A stretch of DNA of 64,000 nucleotides, from positions 306,528,001 to 306,592,000 of the forward strand of contig OZ024743.1 in the NCBI GenBank assembly GCA_964016885.1, read 5' to 3'. The position numbers and the translations under genes are program-made. The stretch comes from Eledone cirrhosa. Taxonomy: Eukaryota. Below the pieces are notes generated by a model. It was not told the origin of the DNA. It saw only the letters and a list, made by a program, of their open reading frames with translations, and did no database searches. This document shows positions 1 through 13,604 of this stretch, in pieces; the stretch's first letter is position 1; the number at the start of each line of letters is the position of its first letter.

Positions 1-3000
1 GTGGTGTTATTGGTGGTGGTGGTGTTAATGGTGGTGTTATTGGTGATGGTGGTGTTATTGGTGGTGGTGGTGTTAATGGTGGTGTTATTGGTGGTGGTGG
101 TGTTAATGGTGGTGTTATTGGTGGTGTTAATGATGGTGTTATTGGTGGGGATGGTGGAGTTAATGGTGGTGTTATTGGTGATGGTGGTGTTAATGATGGT
201 GTTATTGGTGGTGATGGTGGAGTTAATGGTGGTGTTATTGGTGATGGTGGTGTTAATGATGGTGTTATTGGTGGTGATGGTGGTGTTAATGGTGGTGTTA
301 TTGGTGATGGTGGTGTTAATGATGGTGTTATTGGTGGTGATGGTGGTGTTAATGGTGGTGTTATTGGTGGTGGTGGTGTTAATGATGGTGTTATTGGTGG
401 TGATGGTGGTGTTAATGGTGGTGTTATTGGTGATGGTGGTGTTAATGATGGTGTTATTGGTGGTGATGGTGGTGTTAATGATGGTGTTATTGGTGATGCT
501 GGTAGAGTTAATGGTGGTGTTATTGGTGATGGTGGTGTTAATGATGGTGTTATTGGTGATGGTGGTGTTAATGATGGTGTTATTGGTGGTGGTGGTGTTA
601 ATGATGGTGTTATTAGTGGTGGTGGTGTTAATGATGGTGTTATTGGTGGTGGTGGTTATGTTCATGATGGTGTTATTGGTGATGGTGGTGTTAATGGTGG
701 TGTTATTGGTGGTGATGGTGTTAATGGTGGTGTTATTGGTGGTGGTGGTGTTAATGATGGTGTTATTAGTGGTGGTGGTGTTAATGATGGTGTTATTGGT
801 GATGGTGGTCTTAATGGTGGTGTTAATGGTGATGGTGGTGTTAATGGTGGTGTTATTGGTGGTGATGGTGTTAATGGTGGTGTTATTGGTGGTGATGGTG
901 GTGTTATTGGTGATGGTGGTGTTAATGGTGGTGTTATTGGTGATGGTGGTGTTAATGGTGGTGTTATTGGTGATGGTGGTGTTAATGATGGTGTTATTGG
1001 TGGTGATGGTGGTGTTAATGGTGGTGTTATTGGTGATGGTGGTGTTAATGGTGGTGTTATTGGTGATGGTGGTGTTAATGGTGGTGTTATTGGTGATGGT
1101 GGTGTTAATGATGGTGTTATTAGTGGTGGTGGTGTTAATGATGGTATTATTGGTGATGGTGGTGTTAATGGTGGTGTTATTGGTGGTGGTGGTGTTAATG
1201 GTGGTGTTATTGGTGATGGTGGTGTTAATGATGGTGTTATTGGTGATGGTGGTCTTAATGGTGGTGTTAATGGTGATGGTGGTGTTAATGATGGTGTTAT
1301 TGGTGGTGGTGGTGTTAATGATGGTGTTATTGGTGATGGTGGTGTTAATGATGGTATTATTGGTGATGGTGGTGTTAATGGTGGTGTTATTGGTGATGGT
1401 GGTGTTAATGATGGTGTTATTGGTGGTGGTGGTGTTAATGATGGTGTTATTGGTGATGGTGGTGTTAATGATGGTATTATTGGTGATGGTGGTGTTAATG
1501 GTGGTGTTATTGGTGATGGTGGTGTTAATGATGGTGTTATTGGTGATGGTGGTCTTAATGGTGGTGTTAATGGTGATGGTGGTGTTAATGGTGGTGTTAT
1601 TGGTGATGGTGGTGTTAATGGTGGTGTTATTGGTGATGGTGGTGTTAATGATGGTATTATTGGTGATGGTGGTGTTAATGGTGGTGTTATTGGTGATGGT
1701 GGTGTTAATGATGGTGTTATTGGTGATGGTGGTCTTAATGGTGGTGTTAATGGTGATGGTGGTGTTAATGGTGGTGTTATTGGTGATGGTGGTGTTAATG
1801 GTGGTGTTATTGGTGATGGTGGTGTTAATGATGGTATTATTGGTGATGGTGGTGTTAATGGTGGTGTTATTGGTGATGGTGGTGTTAATGATGGTGTTAT
1901 TGGTGATGCTGGTCTTAATGGTGGTGTTATTGGTGGTGGTGGTGTTATTGGTGGTGATGGTATTGTTAATGGTGGGTTATTGGTGGTGATGGTGATGGTG
2001 GTGTTATTGGTGGTGATGGTGTTAATGGTGGTGTTATTGGTGGTGATGGTGGTGTTAATGGTGGTGTTATTGGTGGTGATGGTGATGGTGGTGTTATTGG
2101 TGGTGATGGTGTTAATGGTGGTGTTATTGGTGGTGATGGTGATGGTGGTGTTATTGGTGGTGATGGTGTTAATGGTGGTGTTATTGGTGGTGATGGTGGT
2201 GTTAATGGTGGTGTTATTGGTGGTGATGGTGATGGTGGTGTTATTAGTGATGGTGGTGTTAATGGTGGTGTTATTGGTGGTGATGGTGTTAATGATGGTG
2301 TTATTGGTGGTGATGGTGGAGTTAATGGTGGTGATGGTGGTGTTAATGGTGGTGTTATTGGTGATGGTGGTGTTAATGGTGGTGTTATTGGTGGTGATGG
2401 TGGTGTTAATGGTGGTGTTATTGGTGATGGTGGTGTTAATGATGGTGTTATTGGTGATGGTGGTCTTAATGGTGGTGTTATTGGTGATGGTGGTGTTATT
2501 GGTGGTGATGGTATTGTTAATGGTGGGTTATTGGTGGTGATGGTGATTGGTGGTGTTATTGGTGGTGATGGTGTTAATGGTGGTGATGGTGGTGTTAATG
2601 GTGGTGTTATTGGTGGTGATGGTGGTGTTATTGGTGGTGATGGTGTTAATGGTGGTGTTATTGGTGGTGTTATTGGTGGTGATGGTGGTGTTAATGGTGG
2701 TGTTATTGGTGGTGATGGTGATGGTGGTGTTATTGGTGATGGTGGTGTTAATGGTGGTATTATTGGTGGTGATGGTGTTAATGATGGTGTTATTGGTGGT
2801 GATGGTGGAGTTAATGGTGGTGATGGTGGTGTTAATGGTGGTGTTATTGGTGATGGTGGTGTTAATGGTGGTGTTATTGGTGGTGATGGTGGTGTTAATG
2901 GTGGTGTTATTGGTGATGGTGGTGTTAATGATGGTGTTATTGGTGATGCTGGTAGAGTTAATGGTGGTGTTATTGGTGATGGTGGAGTTAATGGTGGTGT

Positions 3001-3830
3001 TATTGGTGGTGATGGTATTGTTAATGGTGGTGTTATTGGTGGTGATGGTGATGGTGGTGTTATTGGTGGTGATGGTATTGTTAATGGTGGTGTTATTGGT
3101 GGTGATGGTGGTGTTAATGGTGGTGTTATTGGTGGTGATGGTGATGGTGGTGTTATTGGTGGTGATGGTGTTAATGGTGGTGTTATTGGTGGTGATGGTG
3201 GTGTTAATGGTGGTGTTATTGGTAATGGTGGTGTTAATGGTGGTGTTATTGGTGGTGATGGTGGTGTTAATGGTGGTGTTATTGGTGGTGATGGTGGTGT
3301 TATTGGTGATAGTGGAGTTAATGGTGGTGTTATTGGTGATGGTGGTGTTAATGGTGGTGTAATTGGTGATGGTTGAGTTAATGGTGGTGTTATTGGTGAT
3401 GGTGGTGTTAATGGTGGTGTTATTGGTGATGGTGGTGTTAATGGTGGTGTAATTGGTGATGGTTGAGTTAATGGTGGTGTTATTGGTGATGGTGGAGTTA
3501 ATGGTGGTGTTATTGGTGATGGTGGTGTTAATGGTGGTGTAATTGGTGATGGTTGAGTTAATGGTGGTGTTATTGGTGATGGTGGTGTTAATGGTGGTGT
3601 TATTGGTGATGGTGGTGTTAATGGTGGTGAAATTGGTGATGGTGGTCAATGGTGGTTTTATTGGTTGTGATGCTGATGCTGATGGTGTTAATAGTGGTGT
3701 TATTGGTGGTGATGGTGGTGTTATTAGTGGTGATGGTGGTGATGGTGGTGATGGTGATGATGGTGATGATGGTGATGGTGAAGGCTGTAATAATGGCGAT
3801 GGCGGTGTTAATGGTGGTGAGATGGTGTTA
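1..3830. repeat. GGT-rich minisatellite, ~30-33 bp unit (GGTGGTGTTAATGGTGGTGTTATTGGTGAT)
   Basis: The tandem unit is directly visible. Overlapping V/L/M, G/D/V and T/N/I ORFs in several frames are repeat artefacts. Confidence 0.95.
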
Positions 3831-3919
3831 ATGGTGGTGATAGAGTTGATGAAGTTATTAGTGGCGCCAGGGTTGTTAAGGATGATAGTGGCTTAATCGT
3901 AAAGACAAATGACTGTCTA

Positions 3920-4503
3920 TTATCACAACTACAACCACAGCCACAACCCCAACCCCAACCACAATTACAACTACTTCCACAACCACAACCTCAACCACAA
4001 TCACAATCTCAACCACAGCCACAACTACAATTACAATTACAACCACTACCACAATCTCAATTACAATCACAACACCAGCACCAATAACCCAACAACTCAA
4101 CTACTAAGAGAAAATTAAAATAAAATAAACCGAAGTAAACTGAAATAAAATGAAATAAAATAAAATAAAATAAAATAAAATAAAATAAAATGAAATAAAA
4201 TAAAAACAAACGCGCCATTTCCCTCCAAACAAACATCAGCAGAAAGTATCGAGATTTCTAGAAACGTCCATTTCTCATTTCTCATCTCTCACTGCTTCAA
4301 CAAAACAGAGAATTAATGTCCCTGGCTTTGCTTTGCCTCAACTTAGTCTCTCTCTCCCTCAATTGAATGACCACTGGTCAATTGAACTTGGCTCAAATTG
4401 GCTCTATATCTAATTGTCGATAATATCTCTGGCCAACCGGGATTGTCGCCGTTCACCCCCACTCCAATGGTCAACTGTATGTATATATATATATATACAT
4501 ATG

Positions 4504-4554
<51 letters not shown>

Positions 4555-4580
4555 GGAAATATATATATATATAATGTATG

Positions 4581-4621
<41 letters not shown>

Positions 4622-4634
4622 GCGTGTGTGTGTG

Positions 4635-4665
<31 letters not shown>

Positions 4666-4671
4666 GTTTAT

Positions 4672-4747
<76 letters not shown>

Positions 4748-4866
4748 CTCTATCACACACGCACACACAGACACACACACAATTAGACATTACTGCCATG
4801 CACACACCCTCCCTTATACACAGAGTTTCGCTTGCCAAAACATCGGTCAATCTCACATGGACATTT

Positions 4867-4917
<51 letters not shown>

Positions 4918-5039
4918 TTAATAATAATAATAATAATGTTCATCTTACTGTAGTTTGCGTAACAAAAGTAGTAATATTAGTTTTGGTGGTAGTAGCAACC
5001 TCTGTAGTAATAGTAGCAGCAGCAGCAGTAGCAGTAGTC

Positions 5040-5085
<46 letters not shown>

Positions 5086-5134
5086 CAGCAGCAGTAGTAG
5101 TAATAGTAGTAGTAGTAGTAGTAGCAGCAGCAGC

Positions 5135-5183
<49 letters not shown>

Positions 5184-5244
5184 TCCCCACGACCCTCCCA
5201 GGATTTAGTGGACGAAGAAGAAGAAGAAGAAGAAGAAGAAGAAG

Positions 5245-5277
<33 letters not shown>

Positions 5278-7600
5278 AACAACATCACATAAAAGTTAGT
5301 CGCGTTAATATTAAGAATGCCAGTAGTAGTCGTAGTAGTTAGTATTAATATGGTAAATGTTAAAGCAATGGTGACACAGTCATCAAACTGGTGGTGGTGG
5401 TGTTACTGGTGGCTGTTCTAGTGGTGGTGGTGTTACTGGTGGCTGTTCTAGTGGTGGTGGTGTTACTGGTGGCTGTACTAGTGGTGGTGGTACTGGTAGT
5501 GTTGCTGGTGGTGGTGGTGGTAGTGGTGGTACTGGTGGTGTTGCTGGTGGTACTGGTGGTAGTGGTGGTTGTGGTGGTGTTGCTGGTGGTACTGGTGGTG
5601 GTGGTGGTAGTAGTAGTAGTGGTGGTACTGGTGGTGTTGCTGGTGGTACTGGTGGTGTTGCTGGTGGTGGTGGTGGTGGTGGTGGTGGTGGTGGTGGTGG
5701 TACTGGTGGTGTTGCTGGTGGTGGTGGTGGTGGTGGTGGTGGTGGTGGTGGTGGTGGTACTGGTGGTGTTGCTGGTGGTTGTGGTCATCAAAGTGATGGT
5801 CGTTTTATTGGTGGGGGTGCTGGTGACGATAGTAGCATGGTGGTCATCGAAGTGGTATTGGTGTAGGGAGGCAGGTGTGATGATGATGGTGAAGTGGGAG
5901 GCATGGGTTGGTTGTATGGTCATCAACGTGGTGGTGATGTAGCTAGGGTTTCAGAGGGGGGGTGCAGGACCGTTAATGGCACCACAATGGCTATCGGCCA
6001 GAGAAGACATTCAACAGAGTTTTGCTACAATCTATCATGGCATTTTATCGCCGTCCGGCTTGTTAGCAATGTCCCCTACGGTATGAAGGGTTTTGCTATT
6101 TGGCTTTAGGTCAGCTAACCTCTCTCCTGTCTACTCACATCAATAGAAAGATTGGCAACTCTGATAACTTCTACTCACCCTCTCTCTCCTACTTTCTCTC
6201 CTACTATCGCCTCTCTCTCTTTCTCTCAGTTTTCACATCTCTTCTCTTTGCATGGTCCTTTCACTCCCTCTCTCTTTCTTCTCTTCTTTATTTTATTTTT
6301 TATTTTTCATTCTTCTTTCTTTCTTTCTTTCTGTCTTTATTCTCTTTCTCGAACGTCCACCCCAGCAGAACTATCTTCCAATGTCTTCCCAAGAACACCA
6401 CTAACACCACAAACACCACCACTATCCCCATCACCATCATTATCACTATCATCACTATCACCATCATCATCATTATCACCACCACCAACACCAACATTAT
6501 CACTAACAGTATCAGAGCCAAATACAATACCTCCCCATCAACACCAACAACTCCAGCACCACATCCCACCATTACCCCCACTACCACCACCACTATCACC
6601 ATCCCCACCACCACCATCACTACCACTGTCACCATAACCAGCAGCAATACTAGCAACACCACCAACACTAATACGAGCACCTCCACAACCAGCACGACCC
6701 CCTACCGACAACATCAATAATAACAACCCAGTAACACCACTATCATTGCTATCACTATCACCACCATCACAACCACTATCACCATCATCACCATTACCAG
6801 CACCATCACCATCACAACCACTACTACAAATACCACCACCACCACCACTTTCACCATTATCATCATCATCATCTCCACCATCCGACCCCTTACCGCAAGT
6901 ACCACCACCACGACTACCACTATCTCCACCACCACCAACTACACCATCACCACAATCACAACCACTACCACGAGTAACACCACCACCACCATCCCTATAA
7001 CCACAAACACAAGCATCACCACTACCACCACTTTCTCCATTATTACCATCGCAACCACAACCACAACTACCACCACCACCACCACCACTATCACCACCAC
7101 CACTATCATCATTATCATCACAGCCACTACCACAAGTACCACCACCACCACCACCACTTTCAATATTATCACCTTTACAACCACAACCACCTCCACCACC
7201 ACAATCATCATTTATCACCATCACAATCACGACCACAACTATCACCACGACCACCAACACCACTACCACCGCCGCCACCACCACTACCACCACCACTACT
7301 ACCACCACCACCACCACCACCACAACCACCACAACTACCACAGCCGCCACCACCACCACTACCACCGCCACCACCACCAACACCACCAACACCACCACCA
7401 ACACCACTACCACCAACACCACCACCAACACCACTACCACCGCCACCACCACCACCACTACCACCACTACCACCACTACCACCACCACTACCACCACTAC
7501 CACCACCACCATTACCACTACTACCACCACCACCACTACCACCACTACCACCACCGCTTCTACCACCGCCACCACCACCATACCACCACCACCACCAACA
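3920..7600. repeat. Mosaic of microsatellites: (AAAAT)n, (TA)n, (TAC)n/(GTA)n, (GAA)n, (CAA)n, (GGT)n, (CAC)n
   Basis: Visible simple-sequence tracts separated by short unique spacers. Confidence 0.9.
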
Positions 7601-7689
7601 TTATGTGCCATTGTGAGCAATAATCTGAACATCATGTTGTGATTCTCTACTTCAATTTGACATGTCAATATTTACAGGAAGTGGGGGTG

Positions 7690-9015
7690 AAAGTGGAAGT
7701 AGACTAAAGTATCAAGGGTATAGAAAGTGTGAGGGTGGGGGTGGTATCTACATGTGGGTGTATCAGGAGTACATGAAGTGTGAGGGTGTGTGTGGGGTGG
7801 GTGGGGGTATTTACATGTGGGTGTAGATATGGGTGTATCAGAAGTACATGAAGTGTGAGGTGTTGGAGGTGTCTGTACATGTGGGGGTGTATCTACATGT
7901 GGGTGTAGATGAGGGTGTATCAGGAGTACATGAAGTGTGAGGTGTGTTGGAGGTGTCTGTACATGGGGGGGAGGGGTGTATCTACATGTGGGTATGTATG
8001 TTGATGTGGGTATATATATACATGTGGGTAGTGTATGTACATGTGGGTATGTATGTACATGTTTGTTCATCAAGGGTAGATGATGTGGGATGGTGTATGT
8101 AGATGTGTGTGTATCAAGGGTAGATTGTGAGCGTGTGTGGTTGGTGCATGATAATGTGGGTATATCAGGAGTACATGAAGTGTGTGGGTGTGTGAGAGGA
8201 GTCTGTACATGTGGTTATATCCCGGGTAGAAATATGTGACTGTGAGTGAGTGATGCATGTACATGTGGATGAATGACGGGTAGATGTGTGAGGGTGTGTG
8301 GGTAGTGTATGTGCATGTGGGTATGTATGTACATATGGGTGCATCACTGGTAGAGGTGTGTGAAGGTAAGTGTGGTGTACATAGATGTGGATGTATCAGG
8401 GGTAGATGATATGTGAGTGTGGGTGAGGGGTGTATGCACATGTGGGTGAATCACGGGTAAATGATATGTGAATGTGGGTGAGGTGTGTAAGTACATGTGG
8501 ATGTATCACGGGTAGATGATTTGTGAGGGTGGGTGGGTGACGTATGTATATGTGGGTGTATCACGGGTAGATCATTTGTGAGGATGGGTGGGTGACGTAT
8601 GTATATGTGGGTGTATCACGGGTAGATCATTTGTGAGGGTGGGTGGGTGATGTATGTATATGTGGGTGTATCACGGGTAGATAATGTGAGGGTAGGTAAG
8701 TGGGTGACGTATGTATATGTGGGTGTATCACGGGTAGATAAGGTGAGGGTGGGTAGGTAGGTGACGTATGTATATGTGGGTTATCACGGGTAGATAATGT
8801 AAGGGTAGGTAGGTAGGTGACGTATGTATATGTGGGTGTATCACGGGTAGATAATGTGAGGGTGGGTAAATGGGTGGGTCAGGTATGTATATGTGGGTGT
8901 ATCACGGGTAGATCATGTAAGGGTGGCTAGGTGGGTGACGTATGTATATGTGGGTGTAACATGGGTAGATGTAGTGTGAGAGTGGGTTAAGGGTGTATGT
9001 ATATGTGGGTGTGTA
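7690..9015. repeat. Degenerate ~45-55 bp minisatellite (GTATGTATATGTGGGTGTATCACGGGTAGAT...GTGAGGGTGGGTGGGTGAC)
   Basis: The unit recurs about 10 times at 8440-9015 and is more diverged upstream. Confidence 0.85.
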
Positions 9016-9660
9016 TCAAAGTGGTTGAAATGGTGGGTATGTGCCTGTTTGTGTCTGTGTGTTTGTGTGTCTGTAAGCATGTGTTTGTGTATGTGTGTGT
9101 TTAGGTGTGTAAATGATTATATGTTTGTGTGTTTGTTTGTGTTTGTGTGTATGTATGTGTGTGTTTGCGTGTATATGTGTGTATGTGTGTATATATATAT
9201 ATATATGCATATATGTGTGTATTATGTATTATGTATATGTGTGTATGTATGTGTGTGTGTAGGCATGTATATATAGATGTATTATGTATGTGCATAAGTG
9301 TGTATGTGTATGTGTATGTGTGTGTGTGTATATGTATGTATATATCTATGTATTATGTATGTGTATGTGAGTGTGTATGTGTGTGTATGTGTACGTTTGT
9401 GTGTATATGTATGTATATATGTATGTATTATGTATGTGTATGTGTGTGTATATGTGAGTGTGTATGTGTGTGTATGTGTATGTGTGTATGTGTGTATACG
9501 TATGTGTGTATACGTATGTGTGTATACGTATGTATATATGTATGTATTATGTATATGTATATGTGTGTATATGTGTGTGTATGTGTGTATGTGTGTATCC
9601 AAATAAAGATCGCTATAATTTCCCATGAGTTATTCCTTCCGTTTTCATTCATAATATTGC

Positions 9661-9701
<41 letters not shown>

Positions 9702-10097
9702 CGGAGTGATTGACAACTTCTCGCTCTGTATCTTTCTCTCTGCCCCTCTCTCTTTCTCTATCCATCTATCTATCTATCTATCTATCCATCTATCTATCCA
9801 TCTATCTGTCTGTCTGTCGATACATACATACGTACATACATATATGCGTGTATGCATGTTTAAATATGTGTTTGTATGCATGGGTATATATATATGTGTG
9901 TGTGTGTGTATGTGTGTGAGCATATTTATTTGTATTTATGTTTGTACTCATGTATGTATGTATGAATGCATGTATGTAATTATGTATGTATGTGTGTATG
10001 AATATATCTATGTATGAATATGTCTATGTATGAATATGTCTATGTATCTTTTCTGCGTCTATCTATGTATGTATGTATGTATATATATATATATATA

Positions 10098-10365
10098 TGG
10101 CTTTGTGCAGTGCCTTTGCTCACTATAAAAGCTTCACGGCACAGGCATTGCTTTATATCTGGAGATCTCTCTGCACTTGTCGTCACATGGTACCATGGGC
10201 CCAGCACTATGTGTCAGTAATTGTCACAGGTATAGTGTTTGTACCAGAGTTTTCAAGTCGCTGGCTGGACTAAAATATCACACTCGTTCAGCGCATCAGT
10301 AGGGGTTCTCCTACATGGATATAAAGTAGTGGCCGTACTCGAAAACGAGTTGGCAGCCACCATGT
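10098..10365. repeat. ~265 bp dispersed repeat, copy 1 (copy 2 at 11551-11818)
   Basis: TGGCTTTGTGCAG...TTGGCAGCCACCATGTAT is nearly identical in both copies, and both end in (TA)n. Confidence 0.9.
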
Positions 10366-10535
10366 ATATATATATGTATATATATGAGAATTAGAACCCT
10401 GTAACTATTAAGCTCTAAGTATAAAGTACAAATAAATACTGAGCCGATTAACAATATATAGTAAGAAACACGAGGTGATGAATTCATCTTTCTGTGTGAA
10501 CGTTGGCAAATAGTGTTTGTGGCATTTAATCGCAA

Positions 10536-10613
10536 TCTCTCGCTGATGAAGCCCAGGATTATCTGTTACAAACACACTCAGGGCGAAACAGATTAGGGAT
10601 AATCTGTCCGAGA
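10536..10613 (+). ncRNA. Type I hammerhead ribozyme (copy 1)
   Basis: TCTCG-CTGATGA-A-GCCC..GGGC-GAAA-CAGATTA(GGGA)TAATCTG-TC^CGAGA: complete core, three stems and a GUC cleavage triplet. Confidence 0.92.
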
Positions 10614-11006
10614 CATATAATGGTTATTGAGGCGGTTTGTATTATTATGATAATATATTTTTATTTTCATTTTGTCATTCTGTCTGTTTCTTGGTTAAAT
10701 ATTTCAAGTATATGTGGTTTTTCAACCCTTGTAATTTTAGACACACGGTTTACTGTGTTTCTTACTATATATTGTTAATCGGCTCAGTATTTATTTGTAC
10801 TTTATACTTAGAGCTTAATAGTTACAGGGTTCTAATTCTCATATATATATTTCTGCTCCCTTACAAGTTGAGCTATTAAGTTGTGCGTGTTGGACTGTTA
10901 TTTCTGTTCAATACGCGCTTACCACGTTTGACTGGCGAAGCACGAGGTGATGAATTCATCTTTCTGTGTGAACGTTGGCAAATAGTGTTTGTGGCATTTA
11001 ATCGCA

Positions 11007-11088
11007 ATCTCTCGCTGATGAAGCCCAGGATTATCTGTTACAAACACACTCAGGGCGAAACAGATTAGGGATAATCTGTACGAGAGAT
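11007..11088 (+). ncRNA. Type I hammerhead ribozyme (copy 2)
   Basis: ATCTCTCG-CTGATGA..GAAA-CAGATTA(GGGA)TAATCTG-TA^CGAGAGAT: 8-bp stem I and a GUA triplet. Confidence 0.92.
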
Positions 11089-11205
11089 ATAATGGTTATT
11101 GAGGCGGTTTGTATTATTATGATAATATATTTTTATTTTCATTTTGTCATTCTCTCTATATATGTATATGTATATATGTATATATGTATATATGTATATA
11201 TATAT

Positions 11206-11814
11206 GTCAGGTCACCAGTTGGTGCTACTAGTAACATGTATCCCAGTACAACCTGTCTCATGGTCGGGTCGTTGGCGACTAAACTGACAACCCCACCAAG
11301 GTTTCTTGGTGAGGAGGGTGACTTTGGACATCCTGCAGGACAAAAAACAAAACCTGTCAAAGGGCAAAGGAGCTCTTAAGAGTCAATGGCCATCCAAAAA
11401 TCACCGAGAGAGATGACCCCTTAGCCTTTGTCAAGGCAGAATTCTAGGAGAAGGAAAACTCTGATATAACACCTGCAACCCTGATGGTATCCAATGATGT
11501 TGGCTTGTTCTTCTTTTTGGTAAATATCATCTTGGTTAAGAGAGTGGGACTGGCTTTGTGCAGTGCCTTTGCTCACTATAAAAGCTTCACGGCACAGGCA
11601 TTGCTTTATATCTGGAGATCTCTCTGCACTTGTCGTCACATGGTACCATGGGCCGAGCACTATGTGTCAGTAATTGTCACAAGTGTAGTGTTTGTACCAG
11701 AGTTTTCAAGTCGCTGGCTGGACTAAAAATTCACACTCGTTCAGCGCATCAGTAGGGGTTCTCCTACATGGATATAAAGTAGTGGCCGTACTCGAAAACG
11801 AGTTGGCAGCCACC

Positions 11815-11818
<4 letters not shown>
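11206..11818. mobile_element. ~610 bp non-coding interspersed element between TA tracts; its right 265 bp are duplicated at 10098-10365
   Basis: Sharp boundaries with (TA)n and a partial second copy nearby. Family not identified. Confidence 0.5.
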
Positions 11819-11867
<49 letters not shown>

Positions 11868-12008
11868 CATATTGACGACACGTTGTTATTGGTGGTAGAT
11901 TGGTGGTGGTCTCTCTAAAGTGTGTGTATTTACATATTTATATATACCTCTCTCTCTCTCTCTCCCTCTCCCTCTCATTCTCTCTCTCTCTCTCTCACTC
12001 TCTCTCTC

Positions 12009-12058
<50 letters not shown>

Positions 12059-12227
12059 GGGACGATGCTTTCGAACAGAATAGACACAGCTTTGGTCGTT
12101 TCTTCACTCACTCAATAATCTAATTAAGTCCATATTATTAAAATTCAATCAGTGAGGAAGACGGCTTCGTGTGTGTAGCAAAATTAAGATACCCGGGCCG
12201 ATGCACCACTTTCTACGATTTCGATCT

Positions 12228-12497
12228 ACAAGGTTACTTCTTCTACAAGGTTACATCTTCTACGAGGTTACTTCTTCTACAAGATTACATCTTCTACGAG
12301 GTTACATCTTCTACGAGGTTAGATCTTCTACGAGGTTACGTCTTCGACAAGGTTATATCTGCTACGAGGTCACATCTGCTACAAAGTTACATCTTCTACG
12401 AGGTTACATCTGCAACGAGGTTACATCTGCTTCAAGGATGCATTGCCTACGAGGTTACATCTGCTACAAAGTTACATCTCTTACGAGGTTACATCTC
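12228..12497. repeat. 17-bp minisatellite (CTACGAGGTTACATCTT)
   Basis: About 15 tandem units visible. Confidence 0.9.
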
Positions 12498-13067
12498 CTA
12501 ATATAAAGCAATGGATATTTAATATGTAGAGACATTTAACGTAATATGTAATAATAAAATATATAGATATTTGTGTAATTAAATACTTAAATTAATAACA
12601 TGTATATAACAATATGTAGTAATAATTGTTTCTACTTTAGGCACAAGGCCAGCAATTACCCAGTACATTACTGGTACTTTATTTTATCGACCCCGTAAGG
12701 ATGAAAGGCAAAGTTAGTAATAATAAAGTATATATACATTTATGTTTAAATATATAATGTAATAGCATGGTATGCAAGGGATTGATTTTTGAACAATAAT
12801 GTATATTGTTACACGGGTGATATATCTAGTTAAACATATAAACAGCTATTTCCCATAACATATATCTTGTCCAGTAATGAATGGATAACAATCTTAAGGG
12901 ACCTTTAATGTATTATAATAAAACACACTGTATTTAAAATCAAGTATAAATGTATAGTATTATGTAATAGAGATTCTATTGTATCACATTATAATGTGTA
13001 TTAGAGCAAAGATTTTGATTAACTGAATTTAATTAGCTAGTTACCGCCCCTTAAACATTAGCTCCCC

Positions 13068-13604
13068 TACATACTACTGTACGTCTGTATACATATATGT
13101 ATTTACGTATTCATACTTATATTTAAGTAACAGCCGTACTAAGAGTGAGAAATGAAATTTCGTTTCATTTTTTCCGTTTATCGTTTTCGGTACCCCGGCC
13201 AATTAACTCACTCGATATGCAAATTAGGCTGCTCAGCCATTAATATGCATAAGGAAAGTATATACTTTCAGACGTTCAACCATCTGGCAGGAAGGTATAC
13301 GTTGCTGACGATAGCTAATAAGCTTGAAACTAATACAGCGTTCCTTTGTCAGTGTTGAACAAATGAGCAACGATGGTTGCTAGACACTGTACGGCTTAAT
13401 TCGGGTTGTTTGTTTACAAACACACCGAGCATTATAATAAATGTTCGGTGAATCCATACGTACATATATATATGTGTGCATGTATGTATATATATATACA
13501 TACTACTGTACGTCTGTATACATATATGTATGTACGTATACATACTTATATTTAAGTAACGGCCGTACTAAGAGTGAGAAATGAAATTTCGTTTGATTTT
13601 TTCC

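Larger units (their letters stand above)
10381..11153 (+). mobile_element. Non-coding hammerhead mini-element (retrozyme-like / non-autonomous PLE) with 472-nt unit, terminal redundancy and 5' inverted arm
   Basis: Direct repeat 10469-10681 = 10941-11153, each copy carrying a hammerhead. 10381-10471 is the reverse complement of 10755-10845. Flanked by TA-rich microsatellite. Confidence 0.85.

Noticed and set aside
1-3896. Long V/L/M, G/D/V and T/N/I ORFs
   Set aside because: Open in several frames and on both strands because of the GGT-based repeat.
12228-12497. CRISPR-like regular repeat
   Set aside because: Contiguous 17-bp units without unique spacers, in a eukaryotic context with no cas genes.
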